58,851 bases of DNA from a virus (Duplodnaviria; Caudoviricetes), in IMG/VR virus record IMGVR_UViG_3300042477_000507, positions 1 through 58,851 of that record; one strand, given 5' to 3'. Shown here piece by piece: positions 9,359 to 18,682 of the stretch. The notes beneath the pieces were generated by a model. It was not told where the DNA came from. It was given only the letters and a program-made list of their open reading frames with translations, and did not search any database. The translations under genes and the position numbers were made by a program. Position 1 is the stretch's first letter, and each line of letters starts with the position of its first letter.

Positions 9359-10249
9359 ATGACAAGAAGCACTTTAGACCTTTCTGGTCGGGAATTTGGC
9401 TACTGGACGGTTCTTTCTAAAGATTCAAGCAAAAATGGCCTGAGGGAGTCTTACTGGCTATGTGCATGTAAATGCGGTGCGACAAGAAGTGTTAGAAGGT
9501 CGAAGCTCGCAAGAGGTGAGTCGCTTTCCTGCGGATGTCTTTCTGGAAAAAGCAAAGAGAGGCACGGACTGTCCGATACAAGAGAATACAGCGTCTGGCG
9601 CGAAATAAAAAAAAGATGTGAAAAAAATGCAAAAAACAGCGAAGGTGGATTAACAGCGAAAATGTGTGACAGTTGGCGCAAAAGTTTTTTATGTTTTTAT
9701 GAAGAAATGGGAAAAGCGCCATCTAATACGCATTTGATTGCCAGGAATGATAGGTCAATTGAATACTGCAAGGAAAACTGTAAGTGGGCAATACGAGAAA
9801 AAGCTAAAAACACTCAAGATAAATTAAATAAACCTAAGAAAATTTTCAACAATACCGAGCACCCAAGTTACACAACATGGATACAGATGAGACAAAGATG
9901 TCAAAATCCAAATCTTAAAAAATACCCGCTCTATGGAGGGCGAGGGATTTCGGTGTGCGAAAGATGGCAAGATTTTCAAAATTTTTGCGAGGACATGGGC
10001 GAAAGGCCACCAGGAATGTCTCTCGATAGAATTGACACAAATGGAAACTATGAGCCAAGCAACTGCAGATGGGCTACAATTTCAACTCAAAATAGAAATA
10101 AACGCACAAATGTTTGGATATTGCACAATGGCGAGACTAAATGCTTGAACGACTGGGCAAAGTTTTACGGCACTAGAGCGACGACACTAAGCAGATGGAC
10201 TAAAGCTGGACACTTTGGCAAAATAGTCGATAGACCAAGTAACGATTAA
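9359..10249 (+). CDS. free-standing HNH homing endonuclease, two tandem units
   Basis: DLSGREFGYWTV...WLCACKCG...SCGC and YGGRGISVCERW..F.NF.EDMGERPPGMSLDRIDTNGNYEPSNCRWA; codons read on the PLUS strand (track strand label wrong); stop overlaps terL stop. Confidence 0.9.
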   Translation: MTRSTLDLSGREFGYWTVLSKDSSKNGLRESYWLCACKCGATRSVRRSKLARGESLSCGCLSGKSKERHGLSDTREYSVWREIKKRCEKNAKNSEGGLTAKMCDSWRKSFLCFYEEMGKAPSNTHLIARNDRSIEYCKENCKWAIREKAKNTQDKLNKPKKIFNNTEHPSYTTWIQMRQRCQNPNLKKYPLYGGRGISVCERWQDFQNFCEDMGERPPGMSLDRIDTNGNYEPSNCRWATISTQNRNKRTNVWILHNGETKCLNDWAKFYGTRATTLSRWTKAGHFGKIVDRPSND

Positions 10250-11646
10250 CGCCATCTTTGCCCGCGATTTGTAGAAAAACCTGGCCGAGGGAAACTCTGC
10301 CAAATTAAATATCGAATCGCATCACCAAAGTGCGACAAGTCTCTGGCTGATCCCTTGGAAGGTTTTAATGTATTATCGTACGCCCAATTTTCCATTACAT
10401 CAATAATGTCATGACAAGTAGATGGATTGAATAGTATTTGATTTCTATGCAGAAAGTTGTTAACATGTGATACGGTCTCAGAGATTGGTGGATTTCGACG
10501 CTCTGCAATTACTTTACATCCCGCTTCCCTGAGAATATCGTGATCGCTCATCGTTGAAGAAGTGCTGGCGTGAGAGCCTGAGCTATCTGGATAGACGACG
10601 ACCATGCCCTTGGCAAGCTGTATTGGAAAACGACGCCTGATGTGATCCGCCAAAGCAAAAGTATCTCTGCATAGAAACTCCTCAAATATATGCAACTGCT
10701 GTCCCTGTGAAGAGTCACGCATGACGCCATAAATACTAGAGCTTTTGCCAACGTTAAAGTCGCACCCAACAAGTACAGGCTCATTCTGTTCAGCGTGAAA
10801 AACACTTGTCACATGTGCATCTCGAGCAAACTCAGAGAACACAGTCGCCGTCTCAAGGTTGACGAACATGCCTCGGATGTAGGCATCGGCGAGGTGCTGT
10901 GGATAGTTAGCAAGTAGATCCTTGACATAATTTTCGTCAAGATATGGATTTTGTCTTGTGTCGGCTCGATAAATAGCTTTGTCCTCTGTTTTATTTTTCT
11001 CAAAAAAGTTCCAAACAAATTTGCGCCCCTCTGGCGTTGAAGCAAAGCAAATCTGTGGACATTTGCCAACACGAACACGGCCCTGCAGCTTGACGAGAGC
11101 CGCTTCGGCAATCTCTTGTTTAACGGTATCCGCTTCGTCAATCACAAGAGACGCTGCGTTGATGCCCACAAGACGCTCAACATTCATCAAAGGGCGCAAA
11201 AGAATAGTTGTCTCGCCTTTTGGCAAATGCAAAGTAAAGCTGGGCTGAGGAGATATACGCATGGTGTATGGAATGTCATACTTATCGAGCAGCTTTGTCC
11301 AGGTCGGCATGGCGATGTCATTGAGCATCACGTAAGTTGGCTCAAGATAAATGTGATATTCGCCTTGACTGCGAAAAGCCAAAAGTATTGCTTTTGCAAC
11401 GCTACTATATGATTTACCAGATCCCAGGCCACCCACATAGAGCAAGTATCTTTGCTCCCAGTTACAGACGAATTCACGCTGGTGCGGGAGTAGGTCGGAA
11501 AGAATTCGGATCTCTGCTGCAGCTACGTCAAATCTTGAGTTCGTGCGCCCACGCAGCTTCTTAAGTTCGGAGCCCGCTTCAAACAGCCCAAGCGACTGCA
11601 ACGCAGCTCGATCTGCGTAACGACTACTACGAGCCTTGGCGGGCAT
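10246..11646 (-). CDS. terL: terminase large subunit
   Basis: LLPHQ, Walker A GGLGSGKS, Walker B LVIDEAD, STPEG, nuclease GCDFN and HFGDAIRY. Confidence 0.95.
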   Translation of the reverse strand: MPAKARSSRYADRAALQSLGLFEAGSELKKLRGRTNSRFDVAAAEIRILSDLLPHQREFVCNWEQRYLLYVGGLGSGKSYSSVAKAILLAFRSQGEYHIYLEPTYVMLNDIAMPTWTKLLDKYDIPYTMRISPQPSFTLHLPKGETTILLRPLMNVERLVGINAASLVIDEADTVKQEIAEAALVKLQGRVRVGKCPQICFASTPEGRKFVWNFFEKNKTEDKAIYRADTRQNPYLDENYVKDLLANYPQHLADAYIRGMFVNLETATVFSEFARDAHVTSVFHAEQNEPVLVGCDFNVGKSSSIYGVMRDSSQGQQLHIFEEFLCRDTFALADHIRRRFPIQLAKGMVVVYPDSSGSHASTSSTMSDHDILREAGCKVIAERRNPPISETVSHVNNFLHRNQILFNPSTCHDIIDVMENWAYDNTLKPSKGSARDLSHFGDAIRYLIWQSFPRPGFSTNRGQRWR

Positions 11647-11714
11647 GACAACTTCTCGACTTGTTTTTACTCTACAGCACTACGCAATACAGCTTCGCTG
11701 ATCGCTTCGTTGCA

Positions 11715-11969
11715 TCATTTCTTCTTGCGACGGTGTTGATAGCTTATCTTCTTTGAGCTTGTTTTTTCACGTTTGAAGCGACGTTTTTCTGCAGGCGTCA
11801 GCTCTTTGGAGGTCTTCGGCGTGTCAGCAGAAACTCTCTTGGACGGGCGGCAGGCTGGATAGCTACGGCGCTTCTCCCCGGCAGAGCGCCCGCAGGGCTT
11901 GCCCGTCTTCACATCTACCCACTCCTCGTCAAACCAACGAGTGAGCCCTGACTTCGCTTTTCTAGGCAT
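11715..11969 (-). CDS. small basic protein (DUF5872-like)
   Basis: GLTRWFDEEWVDVKTGKPCGR...YPACRPSKRVS.DTPKT. Confidence 0.75.
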   Translation of the reverse strand: MPRKAKSGLTRWFDEEWVDVKTGKPCGRSAGEKRRSYPACRPSKRVSADTPKTSKELTPAEKRRFKREKTSSKKISYQHRRKKK

Positions 11970-11978
11970 TGCAGTGAC

Positions 11979-12131
11979 TCACTTTTCTACACGATAACGC
12001 CCACCGCGCTTCTTGTATTCACGCACTAACCAAGCATTCGCGTAGGCGCTAGGGTAAACTTTAAATTTACGTTTTGCAGCAGCTTTTACGCGAGCGTAGA
12101 GAGCTTTATCAGTCGGGACATTGCGTGACAC
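11979..12131 (-). CDS. small basic protein (50 aa)
   Basis: Manual read, GTG start: PTDKALYARVKAAAKRKFKVYPSAYANAWLVREYKKRGGRY. Confidence 0.75.
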   Translation of the reverse strand: MSRNVPTDKALYARVKAAAKRKFKVYPSAYANAWLVREYKKRGGRYRVEK

Positions 12132-12169
12132 GAGGATTGATAGGCGGCTAAAAGGAGTCTATTCGAGGG

Positions 12170-12448
12170 CTAGTCAGTAAAGAATAAAACATCTGGGATC
12201 AGATCAGAATCTTTCAGTTCAGAAAAGGGGCGAGTGGCAACATCATCAGGGATAAAATTAACAAAAGATTGTTGATTTTCGCAAGTAATCAAAACATATT
12301 CAAATTTATTCAATTTTTGAGTCATGCGAAACAAAAAACGTGATTTTTCATTCAATTTACTAGCTATTGCAAAGCGCTTAAAGTCTTGAGGGCGCAAATA
12401 AATACGTAATAGTTCAATGAAAGCTTGTCGATCTAAAGTATTTTTCAT
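12170..12448 (-). CDS. hypothetical protein
   Basis: ORF track; ATGA overlap with upstream gene. Confidence 0.55.
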   Translation of the reverse strand: MKNTLDRQAFIELLRIYLRPQDFKRFAIASKLNEKSRFLFRMTQKLNKFEYVLITCENQQSFVNFIPDDVATRPFSELKDSDLIPDVLFFTD

Positions 12449-12645
12449 GTCATTTCACGTGTTGCATTGACAACATCATATTGCGACTTTCGTAATGCGC
12501 TCGATAGCTCAACAAAGCGCTTGAATTGTTGTAAATCTTTGATATCAAGCAGCAGCATATTGATTGCGTCTAGCTGTTCATCTAATTTTTGCTGCAATTC
12601 ATGCACTTGTTGCTCAAGATGCTCGATGCGTTCTGTTTTTGACAT
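12445..12645 (-). CDS. coiled-coil hypothetical protein
   Basis: ORF track; sigma70 promoter directly upstream. Confidence 0.6.
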   Translation of the reverse strand: MSKTERIEHLEQQVHELQQKLDEQLDAINMLLLDIKDLQQFKRFVELSSALRKSQYDVVNATREMT

Positions 12646-12666
12646 GACATGCGTGATAGCAAAGCA

Positions 12667-12695
12667 AGTTTACTGCGTCATGCGCGATCTGTCAA
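12667..12695 (-). promoter_or_regulatory. sigma70-type promoter
   Basis: TTGACA-17-TAAACT. Confidence 0.75.
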
Positions 12696-12860
12696 GTGTT
12701 AATACTTTGCAAGTAGTGAGCTGGAATGCGTTTTTAAAAAAAAATTGAGCTGGAATAGGGAAAAAAAATTCGCTGCGGGGGATAAAGTAAGCCCCCCTGG
12801 CAGGAGAGGCTACCCCCGGTGGGGGCCAGCTGGTGAGGCTGACCCTACCGGCTGCCGGGC

Positions 12861-13472
12861 TTACCTGGCTGCGATGGCTACGCCGTAGGCTGACGCGTGG
12901 GCGTTAAAGAGTTGGGCCCATACGTCGGCGGCTGCCATCGGCTCGGGGATGTCACAGATCAGCCAGCCAGCTTCGGCTACGGGTCGGCTGACTGGCAGGC
13001 CGGTGAGCGCTGACAGGCGGACGGCAAGCTGAGCGGGCGAGGTGATCTCAACGCTTAAGTGCGCCGCCACTGCTGCAACCTCTGGGAGCCAGACTCGACC
13101 GTTTGATCGGGCCAGCACTGAGCACAAGCCAGCCCAGAATTGGCTGGAAGCCTGGCGTTCGGGGCTGAGATCGCCATAGGTGGCGGGGTTGATGATCGGG
13201 CCAGCTTTGACCTTTGCGGTTGGCTTGGGTTCTGCTGGCTTGGGGCTGCTTAGCTTGCCAGCCCAGCCAAGCTGCTCCAGTGCTGCGCGATCGCGCTGGG
13301 TCAGTTCCTGGGCCAGTTTCTCGGGTGCTGCGGTGCTGCGCGATGTGGTGCGGGTTGGGTTGGCCTTGGCGCTGGCCTGGAGGGCGGCCAGTAGCAAGGC
13401 GGCGGGATCCTGGGCGGCGTTGCGCTTGTTGGGCTCGGGGGCGCTGGCGGTCTTGGTGCGGGTGTTGGTCAT
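12861..13472 (-). CDS. GC-rich, Ala-rich hypothetical protein
   Basis: 203 aa with own promoter; far higher GC than neighbours. Confidence 0.65.
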   Translation of the reverse strand: MTNTRTKTASAPEPNKRNAAQDPAALLLAALQASAKANPTRTTSRSTAAPEKLAQELTQRDRAALEQLGWAGKLSSPKPAEPKPTAKVKAGPIINPATYGDLSPERQASSQFWAGLCSVLARSNGRVWLPEVAAVAAHLSVEITSPAQLAVRLSALTGLPVSRPVAEAGWLICDIPEPMAAADVWAQLFNAHASAYGVAIAAR

Positions 13473-13520
13473 CGGTCTGTGATCTGTGGTTGTGTGTCAG
13501 GTCTTGCCTGACTTGTTCAC

Positions 13521-13549
13521 AAGTTACAGGAGATCCGGTGACTTTGCAA
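13521..13549 (-). promoter_or_regulatory. sigma70-type promoter
   Basis: TTGCAA-17-TAACTT with TG upstream of -10. Confidence 0.6.
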
Positions 13550-13559
13550 GCCTTGAACG

Positions 13560-14207
13560 ATAAGGATACTTTATAGCTACACTTTTATATTTAACTAAAC
13601 ATAAAGTATAAAGTAACGATTCAATGCAGATACAAATACTTAGCAAATGGTAAACAATACTATTACTTTGCAAATACTTGTTAATTACAAACAAATAGCA
13701 TTTACTGATTAACTTTATACTTTACAAATACCTGGATATTACAAATAACTAGCATTTGTTATTTAACATTTAGCAATCGTCAACAAATAATAATATTTAA
13801 CAAATAGCTGCAATTACAAATAAACAGTATTCACAAAGTAATAATTACATTTAACAAATGCTATCTGTTATAAATAAACAGCAATCATTAATTAACAAAT
13901 AGCGATTGTAAATAAATAATTGCATTTAATAAATAACTGTAATTAATAAATATTTGAAGTTTGCAAATAAATACTATTAATAAATAATCGCAAATAATAA
14001 ATAAATACAAATAACTAATCTTTGCACTTAACAAATAAATGCAAATAGCAAATAGCAGCAAATAGCAAATAAATAATGCGTGCAAATAAATACAGTTAGC
14101 AAATAATCTATGCAATAAATGTATGCGATAAATAAATGTATGCGTGAATGAAGATAAATGTATGCGATAAATGAATGCAAATTATGAATGAATGCGATGA
14201 ATGTAAA
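13560..14207. repeat. very AT-rich non-coding tract of strand-polarised CAAATA/AAATA repeats
   Basis: Many CAAATA words on plus strand; three ATAAATGTATGCG copies at about 14116-14166. Confidence 0.85.
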
Positions 14208-14690
14208 TTATGAACACAGGTCAGAAATGTCTTCACTTTTTATTGAATCAAAGTCAGGGTGAATGGTTTTTATGTATGAAAATCTACCTGTTTTGTTTTT
14301 TGCAATTGCCCTGTTTTTGAATTCCTGCTCTGAATGAATGGGCGGACCATAAAATCTTGAATGGCGAGACTTAGTATAAATTACTTCCTCCTTCCATAAC
14401 TTTACCCTGAATCTTTTAAGTTTAATGCTGCCTTGGTAGCAATAAATTGGGTTGATCATGAATCCAATTCTGCCGTTGCATTCAACTTTTTTAACGACAT
14501 CTAATGATTTCAGCTTGCGAATTCTTCTATAAACGCTACTAATATCAATTTCAAAAAACGCTGCAATTGTTTTTTCGCACTGAGTTGTGAATCCCCATTC
14601 ATTGCACATATCTGTTAAGTAAAATAAAATCAACAACTCTGAACTTGATAAATCGGCGCGAAGTAATGAATGAAAGCTCTTCCTGCTCAT
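14208..14690 (-). CDS. winged-HTH protein, RepL-like
   Basis: LILFYL...IAAFFEIDISSVYRRIRKLKSLDVVKK...FMINPIYCYQG. Confidence 0.6.
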   Translation of the reverse strand: MSRKSFHSLLRADLSSSELLILFYLTDMCNEWGFTTQCEKTIAAFFEIDISSVYRRIRKLKSLDVVKKVECNGRIGFMINPIYCYQGSIKLKRFRVKLWKEEVIYTKSRHSRFYGPPIHSEQEFKNRAIAKNKTGRFSYIKTIHPDFDSIKSEDISDLCS

Positions 14691-14924
14691 GAAAATCCCC
14701 ACTGTGGCTAGTGGAAAATTCTACCACAATCTAATGAGTCTCGAAATAAGAAACCTAGTCAGGGACTGAATTTCTCATTTCAAGAACCTGAGACTCAAAA
14801 AATGAGACCCCTTGCGGCGCAAAGGATCTCAGGGGCGTGTCAATTTTCTCCTATAGGGTATGGGAGACGGTTCAGCAGCTAATCCAGGACAGGCGCAAAA
14901 CAAATCATCGGCGAACAAATAAAT

Positions 14925-15560
14925 TCATTCATCAAAATCAGCTTCTTCCAAAGCAACTAAAAGCTGCTCAACACCTAAAGCGCCTGATTGTAAATTCTTG
15001 CCCACTTCAGCAATTTTTGCGGCGCTGTTAAGTATCGACGGAATATCACGAATATCTATGCTGCGATCATTTTCTAAATACTCGTCTAATGTACGCTGAG
15101 ATAATGCAGCTAATTTGGCTGCGTTCGCAGATAAATTTCGCCCAAGAAATTCTTGCTGTAATCTATAAGCTTCTAAACGCTTTTTATGTTCAATCGCTCG
15201 TGAATCTTGCTCTACACGTAACTTTTGCTGCAACATATCTATGTCATAATCACTTGCACGTTCTGCCCAATAATTCTTTTTGCTAATTGCTAGCACTTTG
15301 TTATCTTGTAAATTAAATGTATTTGCAATATATGTTGTAGATCTTCCCGATCCACAGCTCAAATAAAACTTAAAAATTTCAAACTCTTTTTCTGTTTCAG
15401 AAGTTGCCCCTCCTCCATTTTTCATATAACTTTTATTTACTAAGACGCGAGAATTTAAAATTGCATCTGCGTCATTAAACGCGAACTGTTCACGTTCGTG
15501 ATTAGCGTTTAGAGACTCATCGCTTTCATTGAAAGTATCGGCGTCAAATAAATCAGACAT
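14925..15560 (-). CDS. probable terminase small subunit
   Basis: ETEKEFEIFKFYL..G..RS...SKKNYWAERASDYD HTH-like block plus coiled coil, resembling TerS-type proteins; upstream of terL. Confidence 0.55.
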   Translation of the reverse strand: MSDLFDADTFNESDESLNANHEREQFAFNDADAILNSRVLVNKSYMKNGGGATSETEKEFEIFKFYLSCGSGRSTTYIANTFNLQDNKVLAISKKNYWAERASDYDIDMLQQKLRVEQDSRAIEHKKRLEAYRLQQEFLGRNLSANAAKLAALSQRTLDEYLENDRSIDIRDIPSILNSAAKIAEVGKNLQSGALGVEQLLVALEEADFDE

Positions 15561-15846
15561 GAACAGTAAAATATCCAGGCGACTAAAGAATAGCATGAAA
15601 CCCATAATCAAACACTCCCCATAAAAGGGTCGTGTTTGCACGCTCGCAGGCTCGCTCACACACAAATAAAAAGCAAGAAGAAAGAAATAGCGCGGGCGCG
15701 ACTAATAAATTCCTATCTGGGGCGCAACATTGCAAATCGTGCGTAGCACAAATAAATAAACTGCGCATAACTATTAGCAGACAATAAAAAACCCCTGCTG
15801 CGATTAACAGCAAGGGCGAGTCGTAATAAATTACTTTATCTATAAA

Positions 15847-16032
15847 CTAACGAATACATCTATCTGTACTCGCATGATCTAATTTTGCAGTTACTAAACA
15901 AGCTCTGTATTCTAAATCTCTATTTATTTGCGATGTTGTAAAATCAACTGTTGATGCAGCAATTAAAGGGGCGCCAATAACAACTGCTGTGCAAGCACAA
16001 ATCTTTGCAAATGCAGAAATAATGTTGTTCAT
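15847..16032 (-). CDS. small membrane/secreted hypothetical protein
   Basis: Hydrophobic N-terminus. Confidence 0.5.
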   Translation of the reverse strand: MNNIISAFAKICACTAVVIGAPLIAASTVDFTTSQINRDLEYRACLVTAKLDHASTDRCIR

Positions 16033-16038
16033 GAGAAA

Positions 16039-16203
16039 TCAAACAGAATAGTTAGGACGTGCAACTTTTGAAACGTAAAAATAAGCTCTACCGTGCTCAC
16101 CAAACTGATACTCATTTTTCATTTTCTCAGCCTCTTCTCTTGTTTCAAATTCATCAACTGTTTCGTGATAACGACCAGCTTGTCTGTTAATAAAATAAGT
16201 CAT
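16039..16203 (-). CDS. hypothetical protein (54 aa)
   Basis: Manual read MTYFINRQAGRYHETVDEFETREEAEKM... Confidence 0.6.
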   Translation of the reverse strand: MTYFINRQAGRYHETVDEFETREEAEKMKNEYQFGEHGRAYFYVSKVARPNYSV

Positions 16204-16235
16204 TGATCAAAAACGTGAGGGGTACGAAAAAGAAA

Positions 16236-16436
16236 TCAGTTGTTAATGTAAGCGTGAAATGTCTCAATCATTTTGTATTCTTCATCAGTCAAGAAACAAA
16301 TGCCGAGACGCTTGCATAAATATTCGGCGCAACTTGCAACGCTTTCGCCGTCACAAATCATTGAAACGCAATCTTTGTTCAAAAAATAAAGAACGCGCAA
16401 TTTGAGATCTTTTTGTGCAATTTCAAGTTTAGTCAT
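16236..16436 (-). CDS. hypothetical early protein
   Basis: ATG just downstream of promoter-hairpin module. Confidence 0.6.
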   Translation of the reverse strand: MTKLEIAQKDLKLRVLYFLNKDCVSMICDGESVASCAEYLCKRLGICFLTDEEYKMIETFHAYINN

Positions 16437-16467
16437 GAATCTTTTGTTGTAAATAAATAAACAGCAA

Positions 16468-16535
16468 AACAACAAAGCACTTCTCTCTTTGTTGTTACAG
16501 CTATTATAACACGTATCACATTACATGTCAAGCAT
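16468..16535 (-). promoter_or_regulatory. early promoter + stem-loop module 1
   Basis: TTGACA-17-TATAAT then AACAACAAAG..CTTTGTTGTT hairpin. Confidence 0.9.
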
Positions 16536-16550
16536 CAATCAATGCGAATT

Positions 16551-17036
16551 TCAAAATAAATCATTGTACGCAACTAATTTATCATAGTAAAATCTATTCT
16601 TTGCATCTTTATAAAAGAGTCTCGGCGCGTGATGTAAGCTCCCCAAGCAAATAATAACTTTCATCATCATCTGCTTTTTTCTGTCTAGCAAACAAAACGA
16701 CGTAACACAAAACAGTCTTCTCAACGCATCTAAATACTCATCAACGTATTCATGCAAGTTATAAATCCTGAACATACTTTTATCAACAAACATTTCACGA
16801 TTATCTTTCACGCATTGTCGAATTAACTCTTCAGATAAATCAACTGTATTTACAAAGTTGTATTCATTCAAGCAATCATAGTCTTGTAAAGAAATGCACG
16901 GGAGCGATAAATGATCATCAGGGGCGAGAAATAAAAGTCTCTGTGTTTTGTATCTTTGCAAATAACGTTTTGCTTCGCTGAGTCTTCTTTTGACTTCAGC
17001 AGACGTGAAATGATCTGTTGCAGAAATCTTTGCCAT
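16551..17036 (-). CDS. hypothetical protein
   Basis: 161 aa ORF. Confidence 0.6.
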   Translation of the reverse strand: MAKISATDHFTSAEVKRRLSEAKRYLQRYKTQRLLFLAPDDHLSLPCISLQDYDCLNEYNFVNTVDLSEELIRQCVKDNREMFVDKSMFRIYNLHEYVDEYLDALRRLFCVTSFCLLDRKKQMMMKVIICLGSLHHAPRLFYKDAKNRFYYDKLVAYNDLF

Positions 17037-17050
17037 CTCAGAAATCTACA

Positions 17051-17178
17051 TCGCTCAGAAATCGCCCCGAGAAGCCCAGGGAATCGGGCGCTGGCATGAA
17101 TCCCTCCTGAAGCAAATAAAAAGCCCCTTCTGGGCGATTCCAGAGGGGGCTCACGAATCTCTTGGGCGCAGAGATCAA
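17051..17178. repeat. GC-rich intergenic element, copy 1
   Basis: Shares TCGCTCAGAA-N35-ATGAATC and GGGCGCAG-RR-ATCAA with 22391-22482. Confidence 0.55.
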
Positions 17179-17190
17179 TCCCCGCTGTCA

Positions 17191-17385
17191 TCAATCGACG
17201 ATTTCACTGACAGAAATCACCTCCTTCGCTGAAAAATGTTTTGTAAAACGATTAAGTGCATCTTGTTTTGTTTTGCACTCAGAAATAACTGTCCACCCAA
17301 TAAATCCTCTAGCTTTTGTATCTTCAAATAAAATACGAAACTTTCTGTATTTAATCGTTTCGTAGCTGCGCATCAAACTTTGCAT
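17191..17385 (-). CDS. hypothetical early protein
   Basis: ORF track, tandem packing. Confidence 0.5.
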   Translation of the reverse strand: MQSLMRSYETIKYRKFRILFEDTKARGFIGWTVISECKTKQDALNRFTKHFSAKEVISVSEIVD

Positions 17386-17573
17386 GAGTGTGCAGTAACT
17401 GTAACATGCGTGATGTTTCCCTCAATAGAAAGCAATGCGTCATCAATAGATTTAATGACTGCATTATTTTCTTTGTAGACTTGAGGGTATTTAATTTGCA
17501 TACGAATTAACTCTGCACGATAATCAACAAGCGCAGTACGAATTGTTGTCGAAGAAAGAATTGACATAATCAA
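17373..17573 (-). CDS. hypothetical early protein
   Basis: ORF track, tandem packing. Confidence 0.55.
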   Translation of the reverse strand: MIMSILSSTTIRTALVDYRAELIRMQIKYPQVYKENNAVIKSIDDALLSIEGNITHVTVTAHSCKV

Positions 17574-17878
17574 GCAAATGATTTTTCTAGTGAAAATTGA
17601 ACAAGTTGCGTGCGATCATCTTTGTACGCTCGCACTAAATCAAGTATTCCGTCAACTTGATCTTCAGGGACATTAAAATCCTTGCACACTAATTTCACAA
17701 GCGAAACAAAATGCTCGTCTTTGTTAAATAAGATTTCTCTGTTTTCGTCAATTTGCACGAACAAATCAATCGCTTTCCGAGTAATCTGCATTTGCGGATT
17801 TTCAGTAAAACCAAGCGTAGATAATCTTTCAAGTGCCCCATAAACCCAAAGAACTTGACATGTTTTCTTGTCAATCAT
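17570..17878 (-). CDS. hypothetical early protein
   Basis: ORF track. Confidence 0.65.
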   Translation of the reverse strand: MIDKKTCQVLWVYGALERLSTLGFTENPQMQITRKAIDLFVQIDENREILFNKDEHFVSLVKLVCKDFNVPEDQVDGILDLVRAYKDDRTQLVQFSLEKSFA

Positions 17879-17909
17879 AATGAATTAGCGAAGTGATTAA
17901 AAAGCAAAT

Positions 17910-18290
17910 TCAGTCTTCTACACGTTCTGAAACGGGTAGACGGGAAAGGTTCCCGTGTTTTTTAATCGAATAAAAAATATATTCGCAGAACTCTTGTGCG
18001 TATTCTGCACGGCAGAAATCATTTCCTGTCATGTATTGAACTTCTGTTTCGTATTCCTGTTCGCCGCCGATGCTTCTAACTTCTCTGATCCACAAATAAA
18101 TCTCCCACATCGGACAGCAAACTCCGAAGAAATCTTCGTGATCACTTGTGTATTCACGAACCGAGAAAGAAATAAATTGCTTTTCTCCGTCTTCATCAAA
18201 TGTGCAAATTTCTTCCGAATCAATCCTGCCGCCGTGAAAACCTCGTGAGAAATCTTCCCACACAATTTGCTGCTGTTCTGTAATTTGCAT
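17910..18290 (-). CDS. acidic hypothetical early protein
   Basis: ORF track. Confidence 0.65.
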   Translation of the reverse strand: MQITEQQQIVWEDFSRGFHGGRIDSEEICTFDEDGEKQFISFSVREYTSDHEDFFGVCCPMWEIYLWIREVRSIGGEQEYETEVQYMTGNDFCRAEYAQEFCEYIFYSIKKHGNLSRLPVSERVED

Positions 18291-18325
18291 TTCCTTGAAA
18301 AATGGGGGGCGAGTGAATTAAAAAA

Positions 18326-18580
18326 TCAGGTGTGCGAAGATCCGTCAGGAGAAATACATCCGTACATTTTGCAGTTAGGAAGAATCCCAAACAAGAAAAC
18401 TTCTTTGCTTTGATCGTTAATCTGTTCGCACATAAACTTTGCGTCTTTGAGCATGTCTTTAACTTTAACGTCAAGAATCAATGCCCAAGTCAGCAATTTA
18501 GATTTCTGCGCTTCAGTTAATAACTGAAACACGTCATAATCAATCTCGTCAGAAACAAAAAGAGGGGCGCGGAAATTCAT
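18326..18580 (-). CDS. hypothetical early protein
   Basis: ATG after promoter-hairpin; ends YGCISPDGSSHT. Confidence 0.65.
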   Translation of the reverse strand: MNFRAPLFVSDEIDYDVFQLLTEAQKSKLLTWALILDVKVKDMLKDAKFMCEQINDQSKEVFLFGILPNCKMYGCISPDGSSHT

Positions 18581-18603
18581 GATTGTCTGTGAAAAAGAAA
18601 TAA

Positions 18604-18682
18604 ATGCGAGAGGAAGAAAAGTACTTCCTCCCCCTCGCATGTTGCTATTATAGCATGTCACACGTTACGCGTCAAGCATTTA
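18604..18682 (-). promoter_or_regulatory. early promoter + stem-loop module 2
   Basis: TAAATGC-TTGACG-17-TATAAT then ATGCGAG..CTCGCAT hairpin. Confidence 0.9.

Noticed and set aside
13888-14115. 75-aa hydrophobic ORF in the AT-rich tract
   Set aside because: Its I/L/Y/F/C composition is simply the translation of the TATTTG repeats.
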